Assembly (NCBI GenBank): GCA_025594325.1
Contig: JANHCV010000013.1
Span: 310,001 to 374,000, forward strand
From: Blastocladiella emersonii ATCC 22665
Taxonomy: Eukaryota; Fungi; Blastocladiomycota
Reading direction: 5' to 3'
Length of the DNA stretch: 64,000 bases
The notes beneath the pieces are model-generated. The model made no database searches. It saw nothing but the letters and a program-made list of their open reading frames with translations, and had not been told where the DNA came from. Positions 21,421 through 33,200 of the stretch are shown piece by piece; position 1 is the stretch's first letter; each line of letters begins with the position of its first letter. The position numbers were made by a program, and so were the translations under genes.

Positions 21421-22518
21421 ATGAGCGTATGCATCGGCAGGCTGCCGCAGTGCCGCGCCTGCTGGACGCCGTACACGGTTGAGGACGCGAATAAAGTCAA
21501 GCTCTGCGTCACGATCCCCTACTCCAATGAACCGTTGAGGGCGCTCCGTGGCCCGTGCGCGGTATCAAGTCCCGCCTGCCGGGCGGCCGCGACATGCCGG
21601 ATCTGGAAGCCGTCAAGCCTCGGCCGCATGCAGCGGCTCGACCAGACGATCCGCGCCGCCGTGACCGCCAAGCCGCGCGTCGCTACGCTGCTGCCCGGTC
21701 GACGGGGGTCGGACTCGGGCGACGCCCTCGTCGAGCACCGGAGCACGCGCGCGCGCCTGCTCCCCAACCACCTCGCCACGGCGTTCAAGGCGTTTGCGCG
21801 TGCGGTGCTCCGCGAGCCCGATGGATCGGCCGCTACGACCTCCTCGGCCGGGTACTCGTGGTTCATCCGCATGCTGCGACTTGACGGCATGGTGCTCAAC
21901 CGCAGGCCTTCCGCGACCGCCGGGTCCGTGTTCCACTCGGCGACGCGGTCCGGTGTTCCACTGCAGTGCAGCAAGGACGCCGTCGTCCGCACCGTGATCC
22001 CAACGACGGTGGCCAACGCGGTGTTTGCGGTTCCTGGTGCATTCCCCGCGCTGCCGCGCTCCGCGCGCTTTGTGGTGCCTAACGCGGACGCGGACCCGGC
22101 CATGTCGTCAATTTTTGGCTACATCTCCGACCTTTTCGAGCTCGGCGGCGTCGTGTTCGCTGCGCTGTGGCCGATCGCCGTGTACCCGGTGGACCACCGC
22201 CGGCTCAGCGCGCAGGACAAGGCGCGAGCGGAGACGGCGGGCCTTGGCCGCGCGTGCTACGTCCCCGTCGCGCAGCCGATCGTCGTACCGGTCCGCGCTC
22301 TTCGCGACCGCGTGTGCGTGTGCCCTGACGAGCAGCGGCCACCGCCGGCGGCCGACAGGGCACCCGCTCCGAACGAGACTGTCTGGATCGTTTCGCTCGT
22401 ACCTGATCCCGCAGCGCGGCGAGCTCGAGACGGCCGGCGCAGGCGACCCGAACATGGAGCCGCTCGACAAGCGTGGGGCCGGCACAACGGGCCGCAGCGG
22501 CGGCCACGGCCGCGGTAA
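21421..22518 (+). pseudogene. Possible C-terminal part of a CACTA transposase (DUF4216-like region), no catalytic core
   Basis: SSIFGYISDLFELGGVVFAALWP resembles the (Y/F)G.I..I.EL pattern of CACTA transposase C-termini; lies within the TIRs. Confidence 0.35.
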
Positions 22519-22679
22519 CCGTGGCGAGGAGGACAGCGACGACGGTGGTGATGGTGATGATTGAGATGATCGAGTGATGGATCGTAGTAATAGTCGGTTC
22601 CTACACCACGCCCAACGGACTCTGAGCAGCACGACGAGACTGAGCGGGCGCGACCGCCGCCGGCCCTCAGCAGAGTGAG

Positions 22680-22865
22680 ACTAAGCGACTTTGTCGCGGA
22701 CACGCTAAGCCGCTTTGCGCTGCCCCAAAGTCCGCTCGCCGCTCAAAGTACTTTTGTCCCGCCGCGCAAAGTCTCCCCTCCCTTAGCGACCCTTAGCGAC
22801 CCTTTGGCCGCCCTAAGCCACTTTGCGACCCTTAGCGCCGAGACTTAGTGACCGCCCCAAAGTGA
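22680..22865. repeat. Right subterminal repeat block
   Basis: Repeated CCCTTAGCGA, CTAAGCC/GACTTTG and CAAAGT. Confidence 0.8.
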
Positions 22866-24115
22866 TACAGTCAAACCTTTTTCACTGTGGTGAGCGGTCC
22901 ACAACGCTTGCCGCACCCGAACACTTGCAGTGCATCTAGATTTGCCGGAGTATTGTGCGCAAGCACGAGTTCCTCGGTCTCAAAACCAAGTGGCTCTGTG
23001 CGAGCGTGCGGACATGGACGCGTATTTTGGGCGCTGACCGCGCGTTACGCGCTGCTGCTGTGCGCGGTGAACATGATGCTCGGCAGATACATCCGTTCAC
23101 CTGCCGAATGCTTCAGGCGTTGTGCTTGCTACCCGCGCGATTTACAGCAGCGGATTGGTCTCAAAGCTTGTGAAAACGGGAATAGACCGTTGTTCATACC
23201 TCCTTCCTTCCTGACTCGAACTGCGAGCGCCGATATTATGAGCGTTACTGTGTGGCGTTCGATCTTGCTCGTTCCGCGTATCTCCTCCACCTTGTGCTTG
23301 CGCTGGTGGGCGATCTTGACCCCGTCTAGAATTTTGATTTGAGCCTCAAGACTCGCCCTTGAGCAGCACGACTCGCCCTTGCGTACATTTTATCCCCCTA
23401 CTGCCAGGACAACCGATCTACTTCATCATGGCTGCGAATTAAAACCCAAGGCTATGCGTTCGCATCACGCGTGGTCAGGACCGCGCGAACTGAGACGGTA
23501 ACCCGTAATTGCTGACCAGCTTGCCTTCACGCTTCTTCGTACCCGCCTTTCCAACTCCGTGAGTTTCTTTCGGATCTAAAAAGAAAAGAGGACGCGGACT
23601 CAGGGGGGTCAAGAACCTGTACTCACCCTCGCCATCGCCCGCCCATCAAGGGTCGAACTCTGGCTCGAAGCCAATCAGCTCTATCCAGCCTAACACCTTG
23701 CCCACGCGCCCGTCATCACGTACGTAATCCAACCTTATGGCATCGTCGCCGCGAGTGTATTTCACTACATCGTCGATCATGAATGAGGTTTTCGGTCAAG
23801 AAGGGAGCGCCTGAGCTGACCGCTGCTACCTTCCCGCGGCTGCGCTCAACTACTCAGGCGCCAGAATCGACGCGTCCGTACGTCGCAGCGCCACGCTTAG
23901 ATCGACCTCTGGCGCCCATAGGACCCTCTATGGCGGTCTGATCCTGACGACATGTTCTTACTTCACGAGCCCGCGGATCGAAGCCACATGGTGCAGATCA
24001 CCCACCCTCGCTTAACGCTCCCTTTTAACCGCTTCCAAATGCAGCTGCTTATAAAAGTATACATTGTGACGATACTATCCATGTTTGGCCTTTGCGGGGC
24101 ACTGCGTCAAACCGG

Positions 24116-25096
24116 TTAGTGGATCATTTTCTTGCACTCGTTGAGCTTGGCCAGGAAGTAGGCCTTGGCTTTGCGTCCATCCTGGCTCTTCTTGGCGAGT
24201 TCGGGGATCTTCTTATCAAGCGAGTTGATTCCGCTGACACTCACGCCAACGGCGATCGCCATGCCTGCAGCCGGAATGAGGCCAACGAAGGGAATCAAGC
24301 CAGTCGTTGCGATTGCAATGCTGAGGTGCTTGATCCGCTTCTCATGCCAGCGACGGTCGTGCACGGCCGTCTCGAGCTCCTTGGTGAGATTCGCCATGGC
24401 CAGTGCAGCGTTGTCGTGCTTGTCGCTCGCAAGCGCGAGTAGCTCCGAGTACGTCATGGTGGCGCTGACGGGCATGCGGGCCAAGAGCTGCGTGCGGAGC
24501 TCCGGGATCTTGGCGGTGCGAGAGTCGACATCGATGCACATGACGTTGTGCTCGGCGTCAAAGAAGTCGATGCCGTGGTTGGTCTCGAGCTCGTTCAAGA
24601 ACTGGGTCGGATCGGCGTCAAAGGACGACACCTCGTTTTCGTGGTCCTGGGCAAACGTGAGCAGCAGAAAGCAGTTGCTGGAGTTGATGTTGGTGCAGGC
24701 CTTGAACATCTGCAGCATGCGGACAAACTGCAGGTCGGTCCGATGAAAGCGGTGGACAAAAAGCAGCGCCGCGGGTTCCGTCTTGAGCAGCTCCAGAATC
24801 GCGTCCACAACATTGACGTTGTCGTCGGCCGAGCTGCCAATTCCTTCCGAGTCGGAGACAATGAGGTCGGCGCCGTCGGGCAAAAGTGCGGGGTTGACGT
24901 TGAGCTGGCGGGCCATGTTGGTCTTGATCCCCTTGGCGGCCGACCCTGCGGCGAAGACCTGCTTGATCACCTGCCGGCCACCCCGGACTGCTGGGTACCC
25001 GAGGAGATGGTTGAGCGTGGTCGACTTGCCATAGCCAACCATGCCCATCGTGCGGACTTTGCTAGCATGGCCGGAGGGGGGGTCCTCGTTCGTCAT
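24116..25096 (-). CDS. AIG1/GIMAP-like P-loop GTPase with coiled coil and C-terminal hydrophobic hairpin
   Basis: G1 GMVGYGKS, G3 DSEG, G4-like LLLTFAQD; C-terminal IAIATTGLIPFVGLIPAAGMAIAVGV. Intact intron-less 326-aa ORF. Confidence 0.75.
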   Translation of the reverse strand: MTNEDPPSGHASKVRTMGMVGYGKSTTLNHLLGYPAVRGGRQVIKQVFAAGSAAKGIKTNMARQLNVNPALLPDGADLIVSDSEGIGSSADDNVNVVDAILELLKTEPAALLFVHRFHRTDLQFVRMLQMFKACTNINSSNCFLLLTFAQDHENEVSSFDADPTQFLNELETNHGIDFFDAEHNVMCIDVDSRTAKIPELRTQLLARMPVSATMTYSELLALASDKHDNAALAMANLTKELETAVHDRRWHEKRIKHLSIAIATTGLIPFVGLIPAAGMAIAVGVSVSGINSLDKKIPELAKKSQDGRKAKAYFLAKLNECKKMIH

Positions 25097-25446
25097 GATT
25101 TGAGGAGAAGCGATGCGGTGGGCGTGAGGAAAGTTTGTTGCGGCGCTGATGCTGGGAGACTGAGTGGGGATGGGCGGGACCGAGCCTTATATATCCGATT
25201 CAGTGATTTTACTGTTGCTGTTGCTGTTGCTGTTTGCGAGTGCAGGTGGCTGATCCAGGTGATTTTCTGCCCAGTAAACTCTGCGCAGTAAGCGCCAGAA
25301 CAAGATGGCGCAGCGGTTGTACTGTTCCTGCCACCCAGCCATCCGCCCTGGCACAGTCACACTGTTTTGACACGTAATCACACAAAACACAATCTAACTG
25401 TTTCCGCAAGTGTTGTGACGCGCAAAGCAGGGGCGCTGCGAAATGA

Positions 25447-25471
25447 GTGACGCGACGATCAATCATGTGAC
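25447..25471 (-). promoter_or_regulatory. Composite motif copy 4
   Basis: Reverse complement GTCACATGA TTGATC GTCGCGTCAC, ~350 nt upstream of the GTPase. Confidence 0.5.
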
Positions 25472-25589
25472 GCATGAGCACATGGAAACGAAGGCCCGGA
25501 ACCCTCGTCCGACGGCGACCCGCTCTCTCCCTGGCCCTCTCCGCGGGCACCATGTTAACTTCATGCAAAATGCTCAGGGCTACTCATGC

Positions 25590-26560
25590 ACCTGAGATCC
25601 TTGAGCGGACTCTTGTTTACGCGATCGAACATCATGCCGGCCCGAACAACACGCCAGGGCCGCTCGAGTGCGCGTGTCTTGCCGCGGACGTCTGCACCGC
25701 GCATCGACGTCGCTCTTCTCGACAACGCTTCAAACCTCTTGGTAGACGGCACTACCGGGCGCGGAAGCGTATCGGCTCTCAGGAAGCGGGCCGAGCTCAG
25801 GCTCGAGCTCACCAGCTGCTCGCTCCATTGACGCGCTTGAAGCCGCCATCAATGAAAATCATCTCAAGACGCTCGAGTGGTGTCGTGATTCTGGTTTACT
25901 TGATGTCAGCAACGTCAAAGATTACCTAGACTTGTGCGACTACTACTCGTCAAGCCCATACGCTGCACTCGGGGTTCCCTACGACGGAGAACTTTTGAAC
26001 CGGAACTGGTATCGGCGCGAACTTATTATTGGCGACCCGCCCCAACTGCTTGTCATTGGCGACCCGCCCGAACTGCTTGCCGTGGACCAGGGCATCGACG
26101 AGTCGTACACCAACATCGCTCGAGGCAACATTGCGGACTTCATCATTCAGTCGCAATCAATCTCAATGGTCGGCATCAACTTACTGAACGCCGCCAGGGT
26201 AATCCGCGGCAAACGCTCAGGCTGGTCGCCGTGAACGAGTCTACTGTCGACCTGACCCGTTTCCTTGCCCGCCGATTCATGGCGCCGCGCAAGTACAAGG
26301 AACGGGAGCCCGGCCAGGTTGACTTACTTCAGCATTGAAACGGTCCAAGCACGTCATTATCGCCGCCTTCAACATGTGCGTCTGCGCAAGGACCTACCCG
26401 CAGCTGTGCAGTGGGCGGCCCAGAGCTACCTGGACCACGCCCAAGTTCAAGTTGCTTTCCGCTCACGCGCTGTTCGACCGCGCCGTTCTCGACTGCTACT
26501 GTCCCGCTTGCGCTGCCTTGAAAAATGCTGTTGCGTTCGACTCCAACTCGACCCTCCACT
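25590..26560 (+). pseudogene. Degenerate ankyrin-like repeat gene relic
   Basis: LEAAINENHLKTLEWCRDSGL; multiple frameshifts; small internal duplication (IIGDPPQLL/VIGDPPELL). Confidence 0.35.
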
Positions 26561-27401
26561 TCACTCAGGCATCAGTTGCATTAAGTTGTGGTACACCCAC
26601 AATCTCTCCTTGCTGAGCAGCGTGACCAGCCCTCGCTCGCGTAGCCTGCCTCTCAGTTGGACTCTCACGCTGAACTTCTCAATATGTACGCGCTCTGGCA
26701 GGAGGGCACCACGGCATGAGTCGCGAGTCTTGGCAACAAGGTTTTGTCTGACAAGCTCATTGGCGACGCAAACGTCAGCAGGACGCAACGCGACGAATAA
26801 CGCTTGAGATGCCACTTCTTGCTCTCAATGCAAGCGAAACTGTTCCGATGTCACCTGCAGTATCTTCGTGGGAGCATATGCCATTTATTGTTCTCTTTGC
26901 CTGTATTCGTTATGGCTGTGCTTGATGGAGTCAACTCCTGCATTCCCGCGTGTGATCCTCCGCCCGACTTGGCCACTTTTGCGCCATTAATAGCACGCGA
27001 ACATGTTAGGTAACGCCCAACGAGCCGGAAACCGTCACATGCGGTGTCTTGGACGCGCGTCGCTCATGTGCGCGTGAGTGGGGCAACTGACGTGGCGCGT
27101 AAATGATTTGATCGACCCCTGCCACGCCCACCAGCCCTGCTCGACGTGTTGCACGAGCGCACAATCGCACTTCTCATACTGGTACTGGGGAATACGGTCG
27201 AGTGTTACGCCGCATCGAGCCCTCGTTTGACTTCTGATTAGCCATTTGTACTTCGGCGAGTCAACGCGTTGGTTCGAGGTTTTCACACAAAAAGGCGCCG
27301 TCTATGAAGGGTGATCCAATCGACACAACAAACGTCATCCATGGACACGAGCGAGCAAAACCGAATACAAAAGGAGTACGGCGCCTTGACACAATGATCG
27401 C

Positions 27402-28731
27402 TTAGCAGCACATGGCGTCGCCACCACCAATGTCAATGTCAGCGATCCCGGCGAGCGCAATCGTCTCGTCGACGAGGTTCAGGTTATGCGTGAGGTCCGT
27501 GTGGCCGTCCTGGTTCACGTCCATGTCGCCATCCACTCGGCCGTCGTAGTCGGCGTCCGCGTTCGTCTCAAACACACCGTCGCCGTCGTAGTCGACACGA
27601 ATGGACTGCGTGCCGTCGGGGTTGATCTCGATACGCGTCTCGTGGTACCCGTCGCCGGCCGCGGCGCCGTCCTGGTACGCCGGCGCGTCCGTGCTCAGGA
27701 AAGTCACCGAGCCGTCGGCGGCGAACGTGGCAACCGAGTCGGCGAGCCCGTCGCCGTTCAGGTCGTCCTCGAGAATCGTGGTGCCGTCCGTGTAGTGCGT
27801 GGCCGTCATTTCGACCACGCCGTCGCCGTCAGTGTCGACGCGCTCGACCACGGTGCCGTCCTCGTACGTCTCGACGACGCGCTCTTGGTACCCGTCGCCG
27901 TCGCGGTCCTCGGCGTGCTGCTCGTGGGCGTGGTGGTCATGCGCCGCGTCCGAGGTGGGGGCGAAGGCGGGCTCGTACAGCAGCTCGGGGCGGTTGGCGG
28001 CCAGGTTGGCGAGCTGCGAGCTGGTGCCGTCGGCCGCGTCAATGAGCTCGGCGGCCTCGGCCCAGGTGACGCCAGGGTTGTTGGTCATGACCTCGGCCAC
28101 GGCGTTGGTGAAGGGCGAGCCGTTGATGCCCGACGCTGCTAACTCGGTCGACGTGCACGCCGACAGGACCACGACGTTGCCGGGAATCTCCATGTCGCTG
28201 AAGTCGATGTCGGCGATCGTGCCCGAGGCCGACGAGTCGCAGACCATGGTCATAGTAGCGCCCTCGGGCACGTCGGCAAGGATCGCGCGGATCTCGTCGT
28301 CGGTGATCGGGCCGTCCGAGCACTGGATGAACTCGTCGTAGCCGTTGCCCTCGTCGCCGTTGACGTCGGACGTCTGGCCGCCGCGGCCCAAGAAGGAGAA
28401 GAGGAGCGAGTCGCCGGGCTGGGCCTAGACGTGCACGCGGGGCGAGACGTGGGGAGTTAGCTCCTGACGCGACGCGAACGACCGCCTGTGTATCAAACGA
28501 CCGACCGTGTATCGTCGCAGCGGCACCGTACCTGAGTGACCATCTCGCGAAGACCCTCGAGCACCTGCTCGCGCGTCACGGGGGCGACGTCGTCGGTGAC
28601 CGTGTGCACGGTCTCGATGCCCATGGCGGCGGCGACGCCCGACATGGTGTTGGCGTCAATGTTGCAGCCGACGAGCGCGCCCTCGGTGCCCGGATAATTG
28701 AGGCCGACGCAATAGGAGAGAGACTAGGCAT
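27402..28731 (-). CDS. Metacaspase homolog lacking both catalytic residues, with C-terminal DxDxDG repeats; intron 28425-28531; apparent frameshift just after ATG 28731
   Basis: YCVGLNYPGTEGALVGCNIDA, PGDSLLFSFLGRGGQ (HG to RG), DEGNGYDE, VCDSSASGT (C to S), VVVLSAC; six DxDxDG-type motifs at ~27500-27910. Confidence 0.85.
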
Positions 28732-30293
28732 AGTGGATCTTGGTCGGTGGTGCGTGAGGAGGAGGAAAGTTGCTGGGTTGGCGAGAGAGCGACAAACGGC
28801 AAGGGGGAGTGACAGGGTTGTATAGTGCCGGCGGAGCGTACTGTTCCTAGCACCGCGCTGGGACAGCAACAGCGAGACCAGCGCGTGCGGAACGGTGCGG
28901 GGGACAGCAATGCTGCGGTGCAATGTAGAGGCGAAATCGAGTACGGTGGGCACAACACAAGACGCGCGCGCCCAGACGACGCGTTTTACGCGTTGCGTCC
29001 GGGTCCCGCCGAGGAGATCACAGTTGGGATCACGCGGCCATTCGCCGACGTGACGCGCCCTCGACCAACGACGCGGCGAAGCGCACGTCTGTTGCCGAGC
29101 TTCTGCATCGGCGCACGGAAAAGTCTTATTTGACAGCTTATCACGATCAGTATTCACTGATCCGCGCATAAGCAGGGACCAGGACGAGCAACGACGTGAT
29201 CCGAGCCCAGGTGAGGGGACATGCGGTTCAGGAACCAAACCAGACCGACGCCAAGGCAGAATGAAGCTCGCCTTCATTTTAATCTTCGTGGTTTGAGCTA
29301 GCCGCGCGGAGCGGAATCACTCAAAGCCGGTGCGACGCGTCGCGCGCTTCGCGCTCTGTGCCGCCCTTAAACGTAGCATGTACCGCGGAGCGCTTCGCTT
29401 TTGGCACATGGTATCGTTCAACCCTGCCACCCTTACTTTCGATGGCATCGCTCACGGGCGCGCCGGCATTGCAGGGGGATCCGGCGGCGCGTCGGACGCG
29501 TCGATCGGGCAATGCGAGACAGTCACGTGACAAATGTGAGACGCGTTTCGCTCCACGATCGGCGGCGGAAGACCGCTCCCGTGACCACCGCGCAACGAGC
29601 CCAACGTGTCAGAGCGAAATGGAAAATTGCCGAGTCTGTTCGATGGCCGTCCGGACTGCGCGATGCGGTGGTCTGTCAAACGAGCGGTTTCCGCTCACCT
29701 GCTTGTCGATGTGGTGCTTGTTTCGATGGAACGTCACGCCCGCGTCAGTGTCACCTTCCTCGAGGCGCTTCGCTTCACTGTTTATCCTACTGTACACGCT
29801 TCTTGGACGCGGACCTAAGCGAGCTCCGTCTGCCGTCGTGCCGTGTCTTCTCACGCGCTCTTACGTCCAGGTCCGAGACGACGGAGACAAGGACGGAGCA
29901 GCACAACAGCTCGCCCGGATTAGGCGGCTGCCGTTTTGTTTCTTTCTCACCGCAGCCGACCGCACACGCCAGAATGAGAGTGTTCCCTTCGGGATCGCGT
30001 GCGGGCAGCCCGCCGACGTGTAACACGGGCGGTTCGGTTGACCGCTGCTCGCTTCCAACGTCGCGTGTTAGCGACGTCGTAGAGCGGGATCGCATGCCAG
30101 CTGATATCGAACGGGGATCTGCGCTCGCGCTGGTGAAGCTCGGGGAGGGCGGGCCATAGTCGTCGCCTTGGTGCCCGTGGTCAGTCAGCCAGGGAGCGGC
30201 CACGCAGCCCCCTCCCCCCATGCTCTCTCTTCGCTTTCACGACGCTTGTACCGCGCCACTTGTTCTCCGCCGTCCGACTAAGAGACTGAGAGA

Positions 30294-33200
30294 ATGACGT
30301 CCAATCACCTCGCCGCCTTCATGGCTATTCCGCGCGGTGCGTCGTCGTCCCCTCGTCCCTCAACACCGCGCGCGCGACGGCCCACACTGCGCGCTGGTCT
30401 TGCGTGCAGCACCGCCGTTCGAGCGCGTTGGACAGCGACCCCTGGAACCTCAAGGACCTGGCGGCCTCGTAGCTCACGACCCGTTCATCTCGTGTGCTTC
30501 CCTAGTCCGCGCGACGTTCGACCGTCTGCGCGCCGCCTTCCCGGACCTGCACTTCTCCCTCACGGCCAGCAGCAGCTTGCACCTCGCGAGCGTGGCCGGC
30601 AACTCGCGCCCGACCACCTGTCCGGCGTGCGCGCTGTCCTTGTGCGTTGCCTCGTCATCTTGCCGTGGCGGGACCCGTGCTGACCGACCCTCGCACCCGC
30701 AGCGACCGCTCCAACGACGCCGCCCGCCACTTCCAGACGGCGCACGCGGGCGACACGCTGCCGTACGTGTGCGTCGCGTCCTGCTCGGCCCGCACGAACC
30801 GCCGGTACGTGCATGATGATTGCCATCACGATTTTTTTTGGTCGTTTTGAAGGCGATTAAGGCACCGCAGGCAAGCGGTGCTTTCAAAAGCCATGTCCGG
30901 CCGTTGAAGGCACCCACCAGCTTTCAAAAGCACTCCCCCGCCTTCAAAAGCACTCCCCCGCCTTTGAAGGCTGCGCACGCTTTTAAAGGCTATAAACGCT
31001 GTTATCGCCTTCAAAACGCCCAGGAAAAATTCAATATAGGTTCGCCAGCTCACGCTCCAGCTTCGCTCAGGGTCCACGAGAGAGATATAGGGAGGAACAA
31101 AATGTATTGATCATCAGGCACATCGAGGACGGGAGATGGGAGGAGGGCGACGGCCGCATCATGTCGCGGCCGATTCGAGGGATCTGAAGCACACCGCACT
31201 CGGCCGCCATCGACCTGCGAGCCGACGCGTGCACGCGGCCGTGACCTTGGGGACCCTTGGGGATGAGCTTGAGGTACTTGGGCTTGGCCACGGTGGCGAT
31301 GCGGTCGATTCCCAACTGTACAGCTGCAGCGCTTGGGAGATGCACGCTTGGGTACAGCATCATCAGCGCTACGAGGAAGATGCAAGTGAGTGACTGTCGT
31401 GGATGAGCAAAAGCCGCGGGGGGCGTACCGTGACCATGGCCGTGGCCTGCTAGAAAACGTGTGTCTTGTCGCGGTTGACCTTGCGCGCGCGAGCGAGTTC
31501 ACGCGGAAGCCGACTACACGGTGCAGGCGGGGCGCGACGAGTCAGAGACAAGCCGCGTGGGAGACCTGGTGAGAGGTGTGCAGACCGTTGCCGCGAGAGA
31601 GATCGACCGGGACACGGTGGTCGGGCCGGGACTCGGCGGCGGGTGGCGGCGGCGAGGAGGACCGGACGGCGGCCGCGTGCGAGCCCGACTAGTCGATTCG
31701 AAGGAGGCCAGCGGGTGGGCGCGATGACGGTGGCCGGGCTTGGTGAGCGAGGTTCGTGCGGGCACTACACAGCGAGACGAGACGAGACGGGTCAGGATCG
31801 GCACGGCGGTTGACGGGACGGGGCGACGAGCGAGTTGGCGACGGCGAGGGCGACATCAACCAGCGTCAGCGGAGCACCAAGTAGGTGCGCAGACAGCGTA
31901 GTCGAGGGAGATCGAGCCGTGACGAGTGGAACGGGTAGCGCGGAGCGAGAGTGTCGCGGCGAAGGGGAGCGGCGGCGGCCGTGAGGATTCGGGGAGCGAC
32001 GGTTTGGCGTAGGGAGCGAGGGTACTGCGGTGGCTGGGAGGTTGCAAACATGATGGTGGAGGGAGGTGGGCAAGGGGCGAGCGAGGGGCGAGCGAGGCGG
32101 CGGCGGCGGCGGACCAGAGGCAGGCTGAGGTTCACGGCGCGCGCCGGTGCAGCGTGGGCCGCGCGGCGGCGTCGGTGTTGCCAAGCATGTCGTTGGTGCG
32201 TGTGGTTGTGGTGAGGAGGGGGCGGCGGGCGGGGGAGAGAGCGGGGGCGGGCGGCGGCGCTCGCCCTTTGTTTGGCGGGCGGGTGGCTTGCCCGCCGCCA
32301 GGCCGCGGTGATCGCCGAAGGGCGGAGGCCACAAAACGTGACGCGCCTGTCACTTCGAGCACGCCCGCTCCCTGTGCTTTTCGGGACTTTGCGTCGGCGC
32401 GAGTGCGCGCCCGCACTGCTGCTGCAAGCCCGGCCCGGCCGCTCCTCTCTGTGTCGGTCCGCTCGAGCTGACCTCGCCCTGCGCTACGCGCCGCCTCCGC
32501 TCCGTCACGTTCCAGCCGTGCGCCCGGCGCTCCTCTCAGCTGCTCACCGTCGCGGTGGCGAGCGAGCGCGGGTCGCGAACAGCCGCGCCCCAACTGCGCG
32601 CCGTCTCGGCCCGCGATGCGCCGCTCCTTGATCGGGCAAGCCGTCGGGCTCGCACGCTGAGCGCGGGGAGCCCGGGGCCGAGAGCGTCGATCGTGAGCGA
32701 TCGGACGCTGTTCGGGGCGAGGTTGGCGGCGCCCGCCAGGGCCACGGCAACGTTGCATGCGGTGCCGCCGCGAACAGCGTGCTCAAGGCCGTGCCGCACG
32801 CCGCACGCCGCGCCCGCGTTGGCCAGGGCGTTGGTCTCGCGCGGGGCTGCGCGCGGGGCTGCCCGGCTGAGCGGGTCGCGAAGGACTGCTCGCGCGCGGG
32901 CGGGACGCGGGGCGGGACCAGTGTTGGCTGTCTCGCGCGCCTGGCTCGACGCCGCCGCCGTCCTGCTCAGTGCGACACGATGAGGCGAGGCGTGACGGGT
33001 CGGAGCCTCTCTGGAGCGCGCTCAGTCAAAGCTTCGAGTTGTTGCAGTGGTTACATGACGATATATTCGCGTCAGAGCGCTGTGTGTGATGCGGAGGGAT
33101 CGGGGAGCAGGGGTTCGAGGGGCAGGGTGGTGGGGAGGTGGCCTGCAGCCGGCGGTCCTTGGCTGCGAAGCGGCGGGGAAGCTCTCAAAGGAGCGCGGCG

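Larger units (their letters stand above)
18341..22889. mobile_element. Non-autonomous CACTA/CMC-type DNA transposon (4549 bp)
   Basis: 14-bp TIR CACAGTGAAAAAGG (18341-18354) / CCTTTTTCACTGTG (22876-22889). 3-bp TSD GTG (18338-18340, 22890-22892). Dense subterminal repeats at both ends; no DDE core seen. Confidence 0.85.

Noticed and set aside
15080-31005. Shared 13-mer TATAAACGCTGTT at ~15085 and ~30991
   Set aside because: A single short match with no flanking similarity; may be chance or a TATA-like element.
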